In this document: positions 37,264 through 46,966 of the stretch, one piece after another
Position numbering within the stretch: position 1 is the stretch's first letter
Layout of the letters: each line of letters opens with the position of its first letter
From: Acidimicrobiia bacterium
GTDB taxonomy: Bacteria > Actinomycetota > Acidimicrobiia > Spongiisociales > ZC4RG35
DNA length: 64,000 nt
Assembly: GCA_041747375.1 (NCBI GenBank)
Contig: JBGTFH010000048.1
Span: 240 to 64,239, forward strand
Reading direction: 5' to 3'
Position numbers and translations under genes: made by a program
The notes under the pieces: generated by a model
The model's input: only the letters and a program-made list of their open reading frames with translations
The model's database searches: none
What the model was told of the DNA's origin: nothing

Positions 37264-38270
37264 TTCGAAGTAGGCCTGTCGCCCAGCTGGCTACCGACTC
37301 CTGCGAAGACCTCGGGAAAGCGAGCCTTGTCGACATTGCCACCGGAAAGGACAACCCCGACTCTTGCCCCGTCCCAACGATTGTCGCTCTCGAGGAGGGC
37401 TGCCAGGGCTGCAGCGCCGCTCGGTTCGACAACCTCCCCGAGTTCGTTGAGGGCAAAGCCCATTGCCGAGACCAAAGAGCTTTCGCTCACCGTCAGGATC
37501 TCACTGACCAGGGTCCTGTTGATTGCAAACGTATTCTCGCCCGGTCTCAGCACGGCGAGGCCATCGGCGATGGTCTCCACTGATTCAATCGAAACGACGT
37601 TCCCGGCCGCAAACGACCGGCGGGTATCGTCAGCGTTGTCCGGCTCCACCCCGATAAAGGCGCAGCCGGGGGAGAGGGCGCTGAAAGCGGAGGCGCATCC
37701 GGCCATCAGGCCTCCACCGCTCATCGGCACCATCAGCACATCGAGATCGCCCACCTGGCGGTGGAATTCCAATGCAGTGGTCCCCTGGCCGATCATGACG
37801 TCGCGATCCTCGAAGGGATGGACGAAAGCCGCTCCGGTTGAGTCGGCTAGCTCTCGGGCGGGACGGTCCCGGTCCGGGTCGTTGCGGTCTACGGTTTGGA
37901 TACGTGCTCCGAACCCGAGCATCAGGTTCTTTTTCACGTCGGGTGCGTCTTCGGGAATGAAAATGGTCGCCGGAATTCCGAGAATCTCGGCCGCGCAGGA
38001 GACCGCTGCGCCATGATTGCCAGAAGAGACCGCAATGACACCTCTCGGTCTGTCGACCGCCGGGATCAGAGACAACCGGTTGTATGCACCGCGAAACTTG
38101 AATGCCCCGGCCCGCTGGCTCGACTCTGCCTTGCACAGAACGGCGGCGCCCGTTCTCCCATCGAGCAAATCGCTGCGTAGAACTGGAGTCTGAAATGCAT
38201 ACCCGGTGATTCGCCCCAGCGCCGCTTCGACCTCGGCAAGTGTTATCGGTTCGATCACGCCTTCATTCAA
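37260..38270 (-). CDS. Threonine/serine dehydratase-family PLP enzyme
   Basis: GAFKFRGA, SSGNHG, GQGT, SGGGL, EPSGA, SGGN. Confidence 0.92.
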   Translation of the reverse strand: MNEGVIEPITLAEVEAALGRITGYAFQTPVLRSDLLDGRTGAAVLCKAESSQRAGAFKFRGAYNRLSLIPAVDRPRGVIAVSSGNHGAAVSCAAEILGIPATIFIPEDAPDVKKNLMLGFGARIQTVDRNDPDRDRPARELADSTGAAFVHPFEDRDVMIGQGTTALEFHRQVGDLDVLMVPMSGGGLMAGCASAFSALSPGCAFIGVEPDNADDTRRSFAAGNVVSIESVETIADGLAVLRPGENTFAINRTLVSEILTVSESSLVSAMGFALNELGEVVEPSGAAALAALLESDNRWDGARVGVVLSGGNVDKARFPEVFAGVGSQLGDRPTSN

Positions 38271-38422
38271 ACGGCGAGATCACCCGGGTTCCAAATCCCC
38301 CGATAACCGCATGTGCAATGAAATTTCACCATCAGGCCGTTTTCACTCTTCACGATGGCATCGATGTTCTCCGTGAACAGCAGCACTCTTGAAAGGTGGG
38401 TGGGACAGTATGGAGCGAACAT
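38267..38422 (-). CDS. Small Cys/His protein (CxxH...CxC), possibly zinc-binding
   Basis: MFAPYCPTH...FHCTCGYRG. TGATG overlap with the upstream gene and TTGA overlap with the downstream gene; GAGGT SD. Confidence 0.7.
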   Translation of the reverse strand: MFAPYCPTHLSRVLLFTENIDAIVKSENGLMVKFHCTCGYRGIWNPGDLAV

Positions 38423-38628
38423 CAGCGGACCTCGATCCGGTGTTGCTTCCACCACGTCCACATGTCGGCCCTTGCCGCGTCAAGTCGAGCCGAACTGAGG
38501 GCCAGATCGGCGATATCGCCGAATCCGGACCGGAGTTGCTGATGCCTCTCCCAGGCTCCCGCCAGACCCTCATAGAGTCGATCGAAGGTATCGACGGCGG
38601 ATGGGTCGTGATTCTGATTTGTTGACAT
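38422..38628 (-). CDS. Small helical hypothetical protein
   Basis: GAGGAG SD before ATG 38628; translationally coupled to the next gene. Confidence 0.65.
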   Translation of the reverse strand: MSTNQNHDPSAVDTFDRLYEGLAGAWERHQQLRSGFGDIADLALSSARLDAARADMWTWWKQHRIEVR

Positions 38629-38661
38629 AACCAGTCTCCTCGGTGTCTTATCTGTCGTCAC

Positions 38662-38744
38662 GGCCGTAATGGCCGTAATGAGTAACACTGGTTACAGATT
38701 AGACCTGAACCTGTAATGTGTCAAGCCAATTTGAACCATTACAG
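38662..38744 (-). promoter_or_regulatory. Promoter TTGACA-17-TAATCT within CTGTAATG/CATTACAG inverted repeats and GGCCGTAAT tandem repeats
   Basis: Read directly: -35 at 38724-38719; -10 at 38701-38696; inverted repeat at 38711-38718 / 38737-38744; tandem repeat at 38662-38679. Confidence 0.7.
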
Positions 38745-38787
38745 ATGCAGATATGGGAGGCGCCACTCGCCCCTCGAGTAGGCGGAT

Positions 38788-39894
38788 CTAGTTGGTGTCG
38801 TCCCGCGGTGACACAACGAGGACCATGCCGACGAGGGCAATGATTGATCCGACGGCAACTAGGGATGCGGCCCCAAGCCCGGTGAACGGAAGAGTCTCCA
38901 ATTCGGTTGTCGTGGTTACCTCACCCGCCCCGACGTCGGCAGTGGTCGACGTTGTGGTCGCAGCGAGCTCGCACGGCGGGCGGGGGACCTGAGTCCCCGG
39001 AGCGTTGGTCAAACAGGCCTCGATACCGGATGTCGTGTCTGAGAAGATCGAGGCACCGGCGTTGGAGGCGAAGACAAACGGATCGCCGAGCCCGCCGGTC
39101 AGATTCGGATCCGAGAGATCGATCCAAACGTCACCGGCGAATACAGGCTGCAGTTCTCCAGGCCCGGGGATGGGGGGTGGACCGTTCTCGGCACACGGAC
39201 CGAAAGTCCCCACGAATGGAGGAACTATTCCCACAGCGAAGGAGTAGTCGTCGGGCAAGCCACCAATCGACCACTCACCATTTGCATCGGTGATCCCAGG
39301 GAAAACTGCGCCCGTTGCAAGAACGAAAATACACGCCTGGTTCACCGGGACACCATCGTTGGTCACCACCACGCCGCTCAGTGACGTCGTTCCGATCGGA
39401 GGGGCGGTGTACAGGTAGGTTGTCGAGTAGATTTCGGGGCTGGCGGTCGATGACTCAACGACTGCATGCAGCATGACCTCGGTGTTCGGCGGAACGGATG
39501 CATCGACGTCGATGAAGATTCCGAGCGTCTGAGGGCTCTCGGCGCTCTCTCCGTCCCACTGGCACACCACGCTGAGGCCATTCTCCTGGCACGGTCCAAG
39601 CTCTGAGGAGGTGTTGGCCGGGTCGAGACGAAGGGCGCCATAGCCTGACGGGGCATCCAGTTGGATCTGGACGCTTATCGGCCCGGTGTCACCCGAAAGG
39701 TAGAAATCGGCGGTGGTGGATGCGGTTGACCCCGACGGGACCGGGTTGGGGTTGGGGTTGTGCATAGTTGCTGACACTTCCGGTATGAAGTCGGCCCGGG
39801 CAACGCCTGGCCAGAGGGGAGTGAACGCCAGTACGGCGAGGAGCAGTGGCACCAGTCGGGGGATTCTCTTGTCCAGAACGCCGTGACGCTCCAT
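38788..39894 (-). CDS. Secreted protein with an LPXTG-like (LPFTG) sorting signal and a carboxypeptidase-regulatory-like domain
   Basis: Signal peptide ending ARA-D, LSGVV...TDANGEW, Thr-rich linker, then LPFTG followed by a TM helix. Confidence 0.7.
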   Translation of the reverse strand: MERHGVLDKRIPRLVPLLLAVLAFTPLWPGVARADFIPEVSATMHNPNPNPVPSGSTASTTADFYLSGDTGPISVQIQLDAPSGYGALRLDPANTSSELGPCQENGLSVVCQWDGESAESPQTLGIFIDVDASVPPNTEVMLHAVVESSTASPEIYSTTYLYTAPPIGTTSLSGVVVTNDGVPVNQACIFVLATGAVFPGITDANGEWSIGGLPDDYSFAVGIVPPFVGTFGPCAENGPPPIPGPGELQPVFAGDVWIDLSDPNLTGGLGDPFVFASNAGASIFSDTTSGIEACLTNAPGTQVPRPPCELAATTTSTTADVGAGEVTTTTELETLPFTGLGAASLVAVGSIIALVGMVLVVSPRDDTN

Positions 39895-40034
39895 CTTCTA
39901 CCTCTTGTCAGGGAATTAGCGAGGGCTTTCTCGCGATTTGTATTAATCGTCACGATTTACGGCCACTTGACGACTTCCACGCCAACGCGCGGTTTGCCTA
40001 GTGTGGCGGTTGCGAGGTGGCATACATTTCCGGA

Positions 40035-40691
40035 GTGATTGTTTTTGATGTGAACGGGACGCTTCTCGACACGGGTGGCTTGAGGGATCGATTTGAAGAG
40101 ATGCTCCCGGCCGACTTGATGGGCACCTGGGTTTCCGCCATGTTGCGGAACTCGATGATGGCGTCGATGACCGGCCATTACGCCCCTTTCGACCAGCAAG
40201 GTGTTGATGCACTGATCGCTGTGGGCAGGACCATCGGAGTGGAAATCTCTTCCGCACAGGCCGGTGTCGTACTGGCGGGCTTTGAAGAACTCGAACCCCA
40301 CCCGGATGTCATCCCGGCATTGGAATCCATGGCGTCGGCAGGGATGCGCTGTGCGGCGCTCTCCAACTCTTCAACTCGCGTCCTGAGGGCACAAATCGGT
40401 AACGCCGGCCTCAGCGGATATTTCGAACGGCTCATTTCTGTCGACGAGGTTGGGCTGTTCAAACCGGATCCCCGGGTGTACTTACACGCCGCCGCCGAAC
40501 TAGGGGTTCAGATCGGGACTATGTGGATGGTCGCTGCACATGATTGGGACATCACCGGGGCAATTCGCGCCGGAGCCATGGGGGCGTTTGTCGGCCGCGA
40601 TGGCGAAACTCCATCGCTTCTGGCGGAGAGACCGATCATTTCCGGTACCGACATTGCCGACGTCGCCAGGCAATTGTTGGCTGTCGCCTGA
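40035..40691 (+). CDS. Haloacid dehalogenase type II (HAD)
   Basis: VFDVNGTLLD, LSNS, FKPDP, AAHDWD. Leaderless -10 TACATT 6 nt before GTG 40035. Confidence 0.9.
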   Translation: MIVFDVNGTLLDTGGLRDRFEEMLPADLMGTWVSAMLRNSMMASMTGHYAPFDQQGVDALIAVGRTIGVEISSAQAGVVLAGFEELEPHPDVIPALESMASAGMRCAALSNSSTRVLRAQIGNAGLSGYFERLISVDEVGLFKPDPRVYLHAAAELGVQIGTMWMVAAHDWDITGAIRAGAMGAFVGRDGETPSLLAERPIISGTDIADVARQLLAVA

Positions 40692-40845
40692 GGGCTGTCA
40701 CCGTTTCCGGCCTGGCCGAGATCGTCCATGAGCTTGTCCACCCGCTTTTGAATGACTTCTTCGAATGTGCCGAGGGACCTAACAGAGTGATTCAGGGTCC
40801 AGAAACGGTACGAGTTTGATCGGTTGACTTTTGGATGGGCCGGTA

Positions 40846-41874
40846 TCAGAAGATCGAGGTGCCACTTCGGGATGACTCCCAGAGGTCGATGCCGATATCG
40901 ACTGCGTGTCGGTCGATGGAGTGGAGTTCTTCTTCGGTGAACGAAGTCGAGCGAGCCGCATCGATATTCTCCTCGAGTTGGGCAACGCTGCTCGCCCCGA
41001 TCAGAGCTGAAGTCACGCGTTGGTCGCGGAGGACCCAGGATATGGCCATTTGAGCGAGGGTCTGGTCTCGGGCCGCGGCGATTTCGTCCAACGCCCCGAC
41101 GCGATCGATGACGTCATCGGTGAGCCAGGTATTGTCGAAGCTTCCTTCTCTGGAGGCCCTTGATCCCTCGGGGACACCTCCCAGATACTTCCTTGTCGCC
41201 AGCCCCTGTGCGAGGACAGAGAAGGCGATGCAACCGACGCCATCTGCCTCGAGCACATCGAGGAGTTCCGCCTCGACCCAACGGTTGAACAGCGAGTAGG
41301 AGGGTTGGTGGATCAGCAGGGGAACACCCATGGCGGCCAGTATGGACCTTGCTTCTTTGGTCGTGGCGGGGGAGTAGGAAGAAATGCCAACGTAAAGAGT
41401 CTTGCCGGCGTGAACCGCAGAGGCGAGGGCGCCCATCGTCTCCTCAAGTGGCGTGTCAGGGTCATATCTATGGGAGTAGAAGATGTCGACATAGTCCAGG
41501 TTCATCCGGCGCAGGCTCTGGTCGAGGCTGGCGGTCAGGTATTTGCGCGACCCACCTTCACCGAACGGGCCGTCCCACATGTCATATCCCGCCTTGGTCG
41601 AGATCAGTAACTCGTCACGATGCTCGGCCAGCCCCTCCCGAAGAATCTGTCCAAAGACCTCCTCGGCGTGGCCGTACGGTGGTCCGTAGTTGTTCGCCAG
41701 GTCAAAGTGGAAAACGCCGAGGTCAAAGGCACGCCATACGAGTTGGGAGGCGAGGTCATAGGGGCGGTCGTTTCCAAAATTCTGCCAGAGCCCAAGTGTG
41801 ACTGCAGGCAGCAGGACCCCGCTGGCTCCGGAACGTCTCATCGGCATTTGTTGGTAGCGCTGGCTGAGGCTCAT
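40846..41874 (-). CDS. Aldo/keto reductase, L-glyceraldehyde 3-phosphate reductase (YghZ/MgrA) type
   Basis: LGLWQNFG, HFDLANNYGPPYG, STKAGYDMW, SLDQSL..DYVDIFYSHR, IHQPSYS. Confidence 0.9.
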   Translation of the reverse strand: MSLSQRYQQMPMRRSGASGVLLPAVTLGLWQNFGNDRPYDLASQLVWRAFDLGVFHFDLANNYGPPYGHAEEVFGQILREGLAEHRDELLISTKAGYDMWDGPFGEGGSRKYLTASLDQSLRRMNLDYVDIFYSHRYDPDTPLEETMGALASAVHAGKTLYVGISSYSPATTKEARSILAAMGVPLLIHQPSYSLFNRWVEAELLDVLEADGVGCIAFSVLAQGLATRKYLGGVPEGSRASREGSFDNTWLTDDVIDRVGALDEIAAARDQTLAQMAISWVLRDQRVTSALIGASSVAQLEENIDAARSTSFTEEELHSIDRHAVDIGIDLWESSRSGTSIF

Positions 41875-43055
41875 TGAGCTGCGGACCTCCGGGAGAGATG
41901 ATCGATGGCGACAGCGATCAGGAGAACCGACCCCCTCGCAGTCTGTTGGTAGAACGTCGGCAGGTTCATCAAGCTCATCCCGTTGTTCAGGGCGCCCATG
42001 AGCGTGGCCCCGAGCAACGCACCGAGGATACGACCACGCCCTCCGGCCAGGCTGGTCCCGCCGATCACTGCTGCCGCAATGGCATCGAGTTCGAGGAACA
42101 GCCCTGCGGTGCCCCCGATGGCACCACTGACCCGGGCTGTGAGTGCGACACCGGTGATTCCGTAGAGGAATCCGGCGATGACGAAGTTGATGAAAACGAC
42201 TCGCGAGAGGCTGATACCGGAGAGCCGGGCAGCTTCGGGGTTGCCGCCGACCGCATAGATCTGGGCTCCGTAGCGGGTGCCCCGCATGACTACCTCTGCC
42301 GCTGTGGCCATCAGGCCGAGGACCAGGATCAAGTAAGGAATGCCAGTGCCCAGTGAGATATAAGCCGCCAACCCCGCAGCCACCAGAGCCGGTGCCATCG
42401 AGCGGATGAATGCCCGACGGGGCTCGTCTGTCAGGCCGAGACGATATGCCCGTTGAGTATTACGCCATTTCCAGATCGAGTATCCGACGATGACGATGGA
42501 TATCAGTATCAATGATGGTGTCGTAGGCAGTGATCCGGCCGCGAGATCGGTGAGCACCTTGGGCAGCGGGGCCACGGTGGCTCCGTTGGTCACGATGAGC
42601 GACAAACCGCGGAAAATCATCATTCCGGCCAATGTCACGATGAAAGAGGAAACGCCGACCTTGGCGACCCACCACCCGTTCCAGACCCCCATGACGATGC
42701 CTGCGACTATCGATACGATCACGGCCAGCCACGGGTTCCACCCGAGCCGGACCGTGAGCATCGCAAGGACGACCCCTACGAAAGCTACGGCTGAGCCCAC
42801 GGACAGGTCGAAGTTCCTGGTGACGATGAGCATGACGGCGCTGATCGAGGCCAGGCCGACAATCGCCGCTTGTAAGGCGAGGAGGCCGAGATTTCGCTGT
42901 GAGAGGAAAATGCCGTCTGTCAAAAACTGAAAGGTGGCGAAGACGACGGCGACCACAAACAACAGGGTGTAATTCCTGAGCCCGGCGTCGGTCCGGCCGC
43001 GTGGTCGGTCGTCCTTATTCGACAATTCGGTTGTCGGTGTTTCAAGGTCCGTCAT
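41871..43055 (-). CDS. Monosaccharide ABC transporter permease (XylH/GguB-like)
   Basis: [39 protein letters not shown]. Confidence 0.93.
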   Translation of the reverse strand: MTDLETPTTELSNKDDRPRGRTDAGLRNYTLLFVVAVVFATFQFLTDGIFLSQRNLGLLALQAAIVGLASISAVMLIVTRNFDLSVGSAVAFVGVVLAMLTVRLGWNPWLAVIVSIVAGIVMGVWNGWWVAKVGVSSFIVTLAGMMIFRGLSLIVTNGATVAPLPKVLTDLAAGSLPTTPSLILISIVIVGYSIWKWRNTQRAYRLGLTDEPRRAFIRSMAPALVAAGLAAYISLGTGIPYLILVLGLMATAAEVVMRGTRYGAQIYAVGGNPEAARLSGISLSRVVFINFVIAGFLYGITGVALTARVSGAIGGTAGLFLELDAIAAAVIGGTSLAGGRGRILGALLGATLMGALNNGMSLMNLPTFYQQTARGSVLLIAVAIDHLSRRSAAQ

Positions 43056-44623
43056 GCGGCCTCTCCGTCTCCGACTTCGGCAGCAGCGCTGACCAGGTCC
43101 GATTCTGTGGCCGTCGCCGGGTCCAGCTCTGCGGTAATCCGGCCACCGACGATGATCAGGATTCGGTCACAGACCTCGAGCAATTCGCGCGCCTCCGAAG
43201 AGACGAGCAGCAAAGACCTCCCATCGTTTGCCAATTCCCGGAGAATGCGCAGGATCTCGGCGCCCGCTCCGACATCGACGCCGCGGTTGGGATCATCGAG
43301 GATGAGGATGGGCGTTGCCGCAGTCAACCATCGGGCTACCTGCACTTTCTGCTGGTTGCCTCCGCTCAGCTGACGTACCATTGTCTGGTTGGAACGTGTG
43401 CTGATCTCGAGTTGGCTCACCCGCAGATTGGCCTCGGCACGCGCCGAGGCGTGGTCAAAAAACTGTCTGGCGGAAAACCGGGGGAGTGATGCCAGCACGA
43501 TGTTGGATGCCACCGACTGGTCGGCAACCAGGGCATCGCGGCGGTCCTGGGCTATGAATCCGATGCCGTTCCTGACCGCGTCCTCGGGACTGGAAATCTC
43601 CACTGGTTGACCGTCGACCTCAATGACACCGGTCACCTTGCCCTTCCACCCACCGAAGATAGCTGCCGAAAGAGGGCCGGCACCTGAGCCGATCAGGCCG
43701 AACAAACCGACGATCTCTCCTTCGGCGACGGCGAGATTGGCACTGTCGACGACACGGCGTCCCGATTGCCCCGGGTCGAAAACAGTGAAATTCTTAACTC
43801 GTAGCCTCGTCTTCCTGGCGGCCGGGCGGTTCCCCGGTACGGGGACGGCATCCAACCCGCGCTCGTCCCCGAGCATCTCGGCAACGATTTCGTCCCGGCT
43901 GGTCGAGGAGGTCATGTGGTCGCCGACGAGTTGCCCATTTCTCATGACGAGAATTCTGTCGACCAGCGCAAACACTTCTGCCAGACGATGGGATACAAAG
44001 AGACAACTGGTCCCCCGATCCCTGTAGGAACGAAGACGCTCGAAGAGCCGGTCGGCCTCGTTGGCGGTCAGGGCGGCGGTCGGCTCGTCCAGTATCAATA
44101 CCCGGGCATTGGCCGAGAGGGCACGGGCGATCATCACCAGTTGTTGACGGGCCAGGTCGAGGTCGCCCATTCTGTCCGTCGCGGCCACCTCGACGCCAAA
44201 CTCGCGGAGGATCATCGTCGCCTGATGCACGAGTAGGTCGTGGTCGATGAGGCCGAAACGAGTTGGCTCCCTGTTGAGCATCAGCATCTCGGCGACGCTG
44301 AACTCGGGAACGACGTTTATCTCCTGTGCGATCAGCACGATGCCGGCTTGCTCGGCAGCGGCCACGGTCTCGGGAGCGAACGGTTCGCCCCCGACGGTGA
44401 CGGCGCCGTCGAAATCGCGGCCGTACAGCCCGGCCATGACCCCGATCAAGGTCGACTTGCCGGCTCCGTTTTGGCCGAGGAGGGCGGTGATCTGTCCTCC
44501 CCCAAGCGTCACGCTGACATCGTCGACCGCCACCACCCCCGGAAACGCTTTCCTGATGTGGTCGAGGGCCAGCGCGGGAGAATCGGAAACCGGGTGGTGG
44601 TTTTCGTTCTCCCGCGCTGGCAT
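43052..44623 (-). CDS. Sugar ABC transporter ATP-binding protein (XylG-like, two domains)
   Basis: GQNGAGKST, LDEPT, LSGGNQQK. Confidence 0.94.
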   Translation of the reverse strand: MPARENENHHPVSDSPALALDHIRKAFPGVVAVDDVSVTLGGGQITALLGQNGAGKSTLIGVMAGLYGRDFDGAVTVGGEPFAPETVAAAEQAGIVLIAQEINVVPEFSVAEMLMLNREPTRFGLIDHDLLVHQATMILREFGVEVAATDRMGDLDLARQQLVMIARALSANARVLILDEPTAALTANEADRLFERLRSYRDRGTSCLFVSHRLAEVFALVDRILVMRNGQLVGDHMTSSTSRDEIVAEMLGDERGLDAVPVPGNRPAARKTRLRVKNFTVFDPGQSGRRVVDSANLAVAEGEIVGLFGLIGSGAGPLSAAIFGGWKGKVTGVIEVDGQPVEISSPEDAVRNGIGFIAQDRRDALVADQSVASNIVLASLPRFSARQFFDHASARAEANLRVSQLEISTRSNQTMVRQLSGGNQQKVQVARWLTAATPILILDDPNRGVDVGAGAEILRILRELANDGRSLLLVSSEARELLEVCDRILIIVGGRITAELDPATATESDLVSAAAEVGDGEAA

Positions 44624-44643
44624 TTTCGTGGTGAGTCCTTCGC

Positions 44644-45780
44644 TTAGCAGTCTGGTTTTTCGTCGGGGACGTTGGCGTAGACGTCGTCGAGAGTCTGCCA
44701 GTACTGGTGCTCACAAGCGAAGTCTGCCAATTCGTCCTGGGTCACCAGGTAGATCGGAGTCTTGATGAACGGGATTTCCGCCGCACCATTGTCCACCGTG
44801 AGCTCCGCTGTAATCTCTTCGCAGTTAGCGAGGGCAATGGCCGTCTCTGCTCCAGCTATCGCCATCTCCTCTGGTGCTGGCCAGAGGCTGCCGAATTGGC
44901 GCCCCTCAGCAATCGCTTGCATCGCCGAGAGCTCCATATCCTGTCCGGTGACCAAAATCTGCCCATCGGGGATGCCAGCTTGCTCGATAGCCTGCAGAAT
45001 CCCGAGCGACATTCCGTCGTAGGACGTCAGGAACACCTGAACGTCGTTGTCGTTGGCGGTGAGGGCATTCTCCGCATTCGCCTGGGCTGGCTCGGTCTTC
45101 CATCCGGGGGTGAATTGGTCCATCACGATGACTACGTCGCCCGAGTCGACCAGTGGGTCGAGGACTTCATGGTAACCCTCGGACATCAAGGTGGAACCGG
45201 TCTGGCCGGCGTCGCCACCGATGATCACGTAGTTACCATTGGGGACCACAGCTACCGTTTCCCGCGCGGCTTCGGCTCCACCCTCCTTGGGATCGCGGCC
45301 GATGAAGGCGTCGTGCTCAGCATTCAGGATGAGGTCGTCATACGACGCCAACGGAATTCCCGCTTCCGCCGCCATTTCCGCGATCTGACCGGCGACGTTG
45401 AAGTCAACCGGCTGGATGACGATCGCATCGACACCCTGGGTGATGATGTTCTCGGCCTGGGCTACCTGATTGGCAGCATCGTTCTCAGCCGACTGGACCA
45501 ACACCTCGTACCCCGCCGCCTCAGCGGTATCGGTGAAAAATGGGATATCGGCGTTCAGATAGCGGAAAGCGGTTTGTTGTTTGAGCATGAAGGCGATCTT
45601 TCCGGTCTCGCCCGGCGTACAGGCCTCGCCTCCGTCACCCGCTGTAGTTGTGGCACCGTCCCCGGCAGTCGTGGTGGTCTCGCCTCCCGAGTCGTCGCCA
45701 CATGCGGCGACGACCATGGCAAAAACGGCCAGAATCGCCCATAACTGATAGCGGTGTTTCACAGATCGTGATGTTTGCAT
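44644..45780 (-). CDS. Sugar ABC substrate-binding lipoprotein (XylF-like)
   Basis: Lipobox VAAC; periplasmic binding protein type I fold motifs (VTGQD). GAGGAGG SD before ATG 45780. Confidence 0.9.
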   Translation of the reverse strand: MQTSRSVKHRYQLWAILAVFAMVVAACGDDSGGETTTTAGDGATTTAGDGGEACTPGETGKIAFMLKQQTAFRYLNADIPFFTDTAEAAGYEVLVQSAENDAANQVAQAENIITQGVDAIVIQPVDFNVAGQIAEMAAEAGIPLASYDDLILNAEHDAFIGRDPKEGGAEAARETVAVVPNGNYVIIGGDAGQTGSTLMSEGYHEVLDPLVDSGDVVIVMDQFTPGWKTEPAQANAENALTANDNDVQVFLTSYDGMSLGILQAIEQAGIPDGQILVTGQDMELSAMQAIAEGRQFGSLWPAPEEMAIAGAETAIALANCEEITAELTVDNGAAEIPFIKTPIYLVTQDELADFACEHQYWQTLDDVYANVPDEKPDC

Positions 45781-45839
45781 TGCGTCCTCCTCGGCGGGTC
45801 GCATTTCGGGCGACCGACCACTGTCTCGCTCCTTGACCC

Positions 45840-45951
45840 TGACAACGTTGTCAGACAATTGGTGACCATACGAGGTTATGACAACGTTGTCAAGGAGTTC
45901 CAACCCGTGAGCTGGAGAATGACGTCAAGAGCGGGTGTGACAACGTTGTCA
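45840..45951. promoter_or_regulatory. Three identical LacI-type operators, TGACAACGTTGTCA, in a divergent promoter
   Basis: Perfect palindromes at 45840-45853, 45879-45892 and 45938-45951. Minus-strand promoter TTGACA-17-TATGGT; plus-strand -10 TAGGCT. Confidence 0.9.
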
Positions 45952-45970
45952 GATGGGTTAGGCTTGAAAA

Positions 45971-46966
45971 ATGAGCCGCTCGTCGAAACGTCCCACCCTC
46001 CGCGAGGTTGCCTCGTTGGCCGGTGTCAGCATCAAGACGGTGTCGCGGGTTGTGAACGATGAACCGTACGTGAGTGGCGAACTGACCTCCCGGGTGAATA
46101 GGGCCGTTCAGGAGTTGGGATACCAACCCGATCACCAGGCGAGTTCCCTTAAGCGAGATCGAAAGTCAGCGACCATCGGGTTGGTCGTGGCCGATGTGGC
46201 CAACCCGTTCTACTCCCAGATCACCAGGACAATCGAGAGCGAGGCTCTCGACGCCGGCCACCTCTTGATCACCGTGAGCTCGGACGAGGATCCGAAACGC
46301 GAGAAGGAAGTCATCGATCGTCTCATCCAACGCCGCGTCGATGGTCTGATTCTGGCAAGTGCGCGGCGGGACCATCGATATCTACGCAAAGAGACGGAGT
46401 TGTTTACGTCGATCGTTTTTTTGGACCGCCCCCCCAGGCGGCTGGCCGCAGACGCCGTGCTTCTCGACAACCGTAGAGGTGCCATTCTCGCTGTTAATCA
46501 CCTGATCGCCGGGGGCCATCGATCGATAGCCTTTCTCAGCGACCCACCACCTGGGATGTACACCGCCGATGAGCGCTTCGCAGGCTATCGGGAAGCAATA
46601 GATCATGCCGGATTGGCGGTCGACGACAGGTTCGTAGCCTTCGGTTTGCATGCGCCGGGGAGCGCCACGTCCCATGTCAGGAGTTTTCTCGAGGCGGACG
46701 ATCCTCCAACTGCGTTCTTTGCGACCAACAACCGCACGGCCGTTGGTGCGGCTAAGGCTCTTGTCGATCGCCCCGACGTCGGGCTGGTTGGGTTCGACGA
46801 GATCGAGTTGGCGGAAGCGCTTCGTCGGCCGGTAACAGTGGTCTCGTACGACCTCGGCGCGATGGCCAGGGCCGCTGCCGACTTGCTGTTCGAGCGTCTC
46901 GATGGGTATGACGGCAAGCCGCGCCGCGTCATAATTCCCACGTCGTTGACGATTAGAGATACCTGA
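45971..46966 (+). CDS. LacI family transcriptional regulator
   Basis: TLREVASLAGVSIKTVSRVVN HTH; NPFY; VGFD. Confidence 0.96.
   Translation: MSRSSKRPTLREVASLAGVSIKTVSRVVNDEPYVSGELTSRVNRAVQELGYQPDHQASSLKRDRKSATIGLVVADVANPFYSQITRTIESEALDAGHLLITVSSDEDPKREKEVIDRLIQRRVDGLILASARRDHRYLRKETELFTSIVFLDRPPRRLAADAVLLDNRRGAILAVNHLIAGGHRSIAFLSDPPPGMYTADERFAGYREAIDHAGLAVDDRFVAFGLHAPGSATSHVRSFLEADDPPTAFFATNNRTAVGAAKALVDRPDVGLVGFDEIELAEALRRPVTVVSYDLGAMARAAADLLFERLDGYDGKPRRVIIPTSLTIRDT

Noticed and set aside
39940-40005. Possible c-di-GMP-I riboswitch upstream of the LPFTG protein (minus strand GGCAAAC followed by a stem)
   Set aside because: The loop is GTTG rather than GNRA, the following GACGCAAAG element is absent, and no second stem was found.
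44707-45744. Long antisense ORFs (for example 44707-45744 +, 56508-57755 +, 46603-47595 -, 16212-17096 +)
   Set aside because: Shadow frames of well-supported genes, expected in high-GC DNA, with no recognisable motifs.
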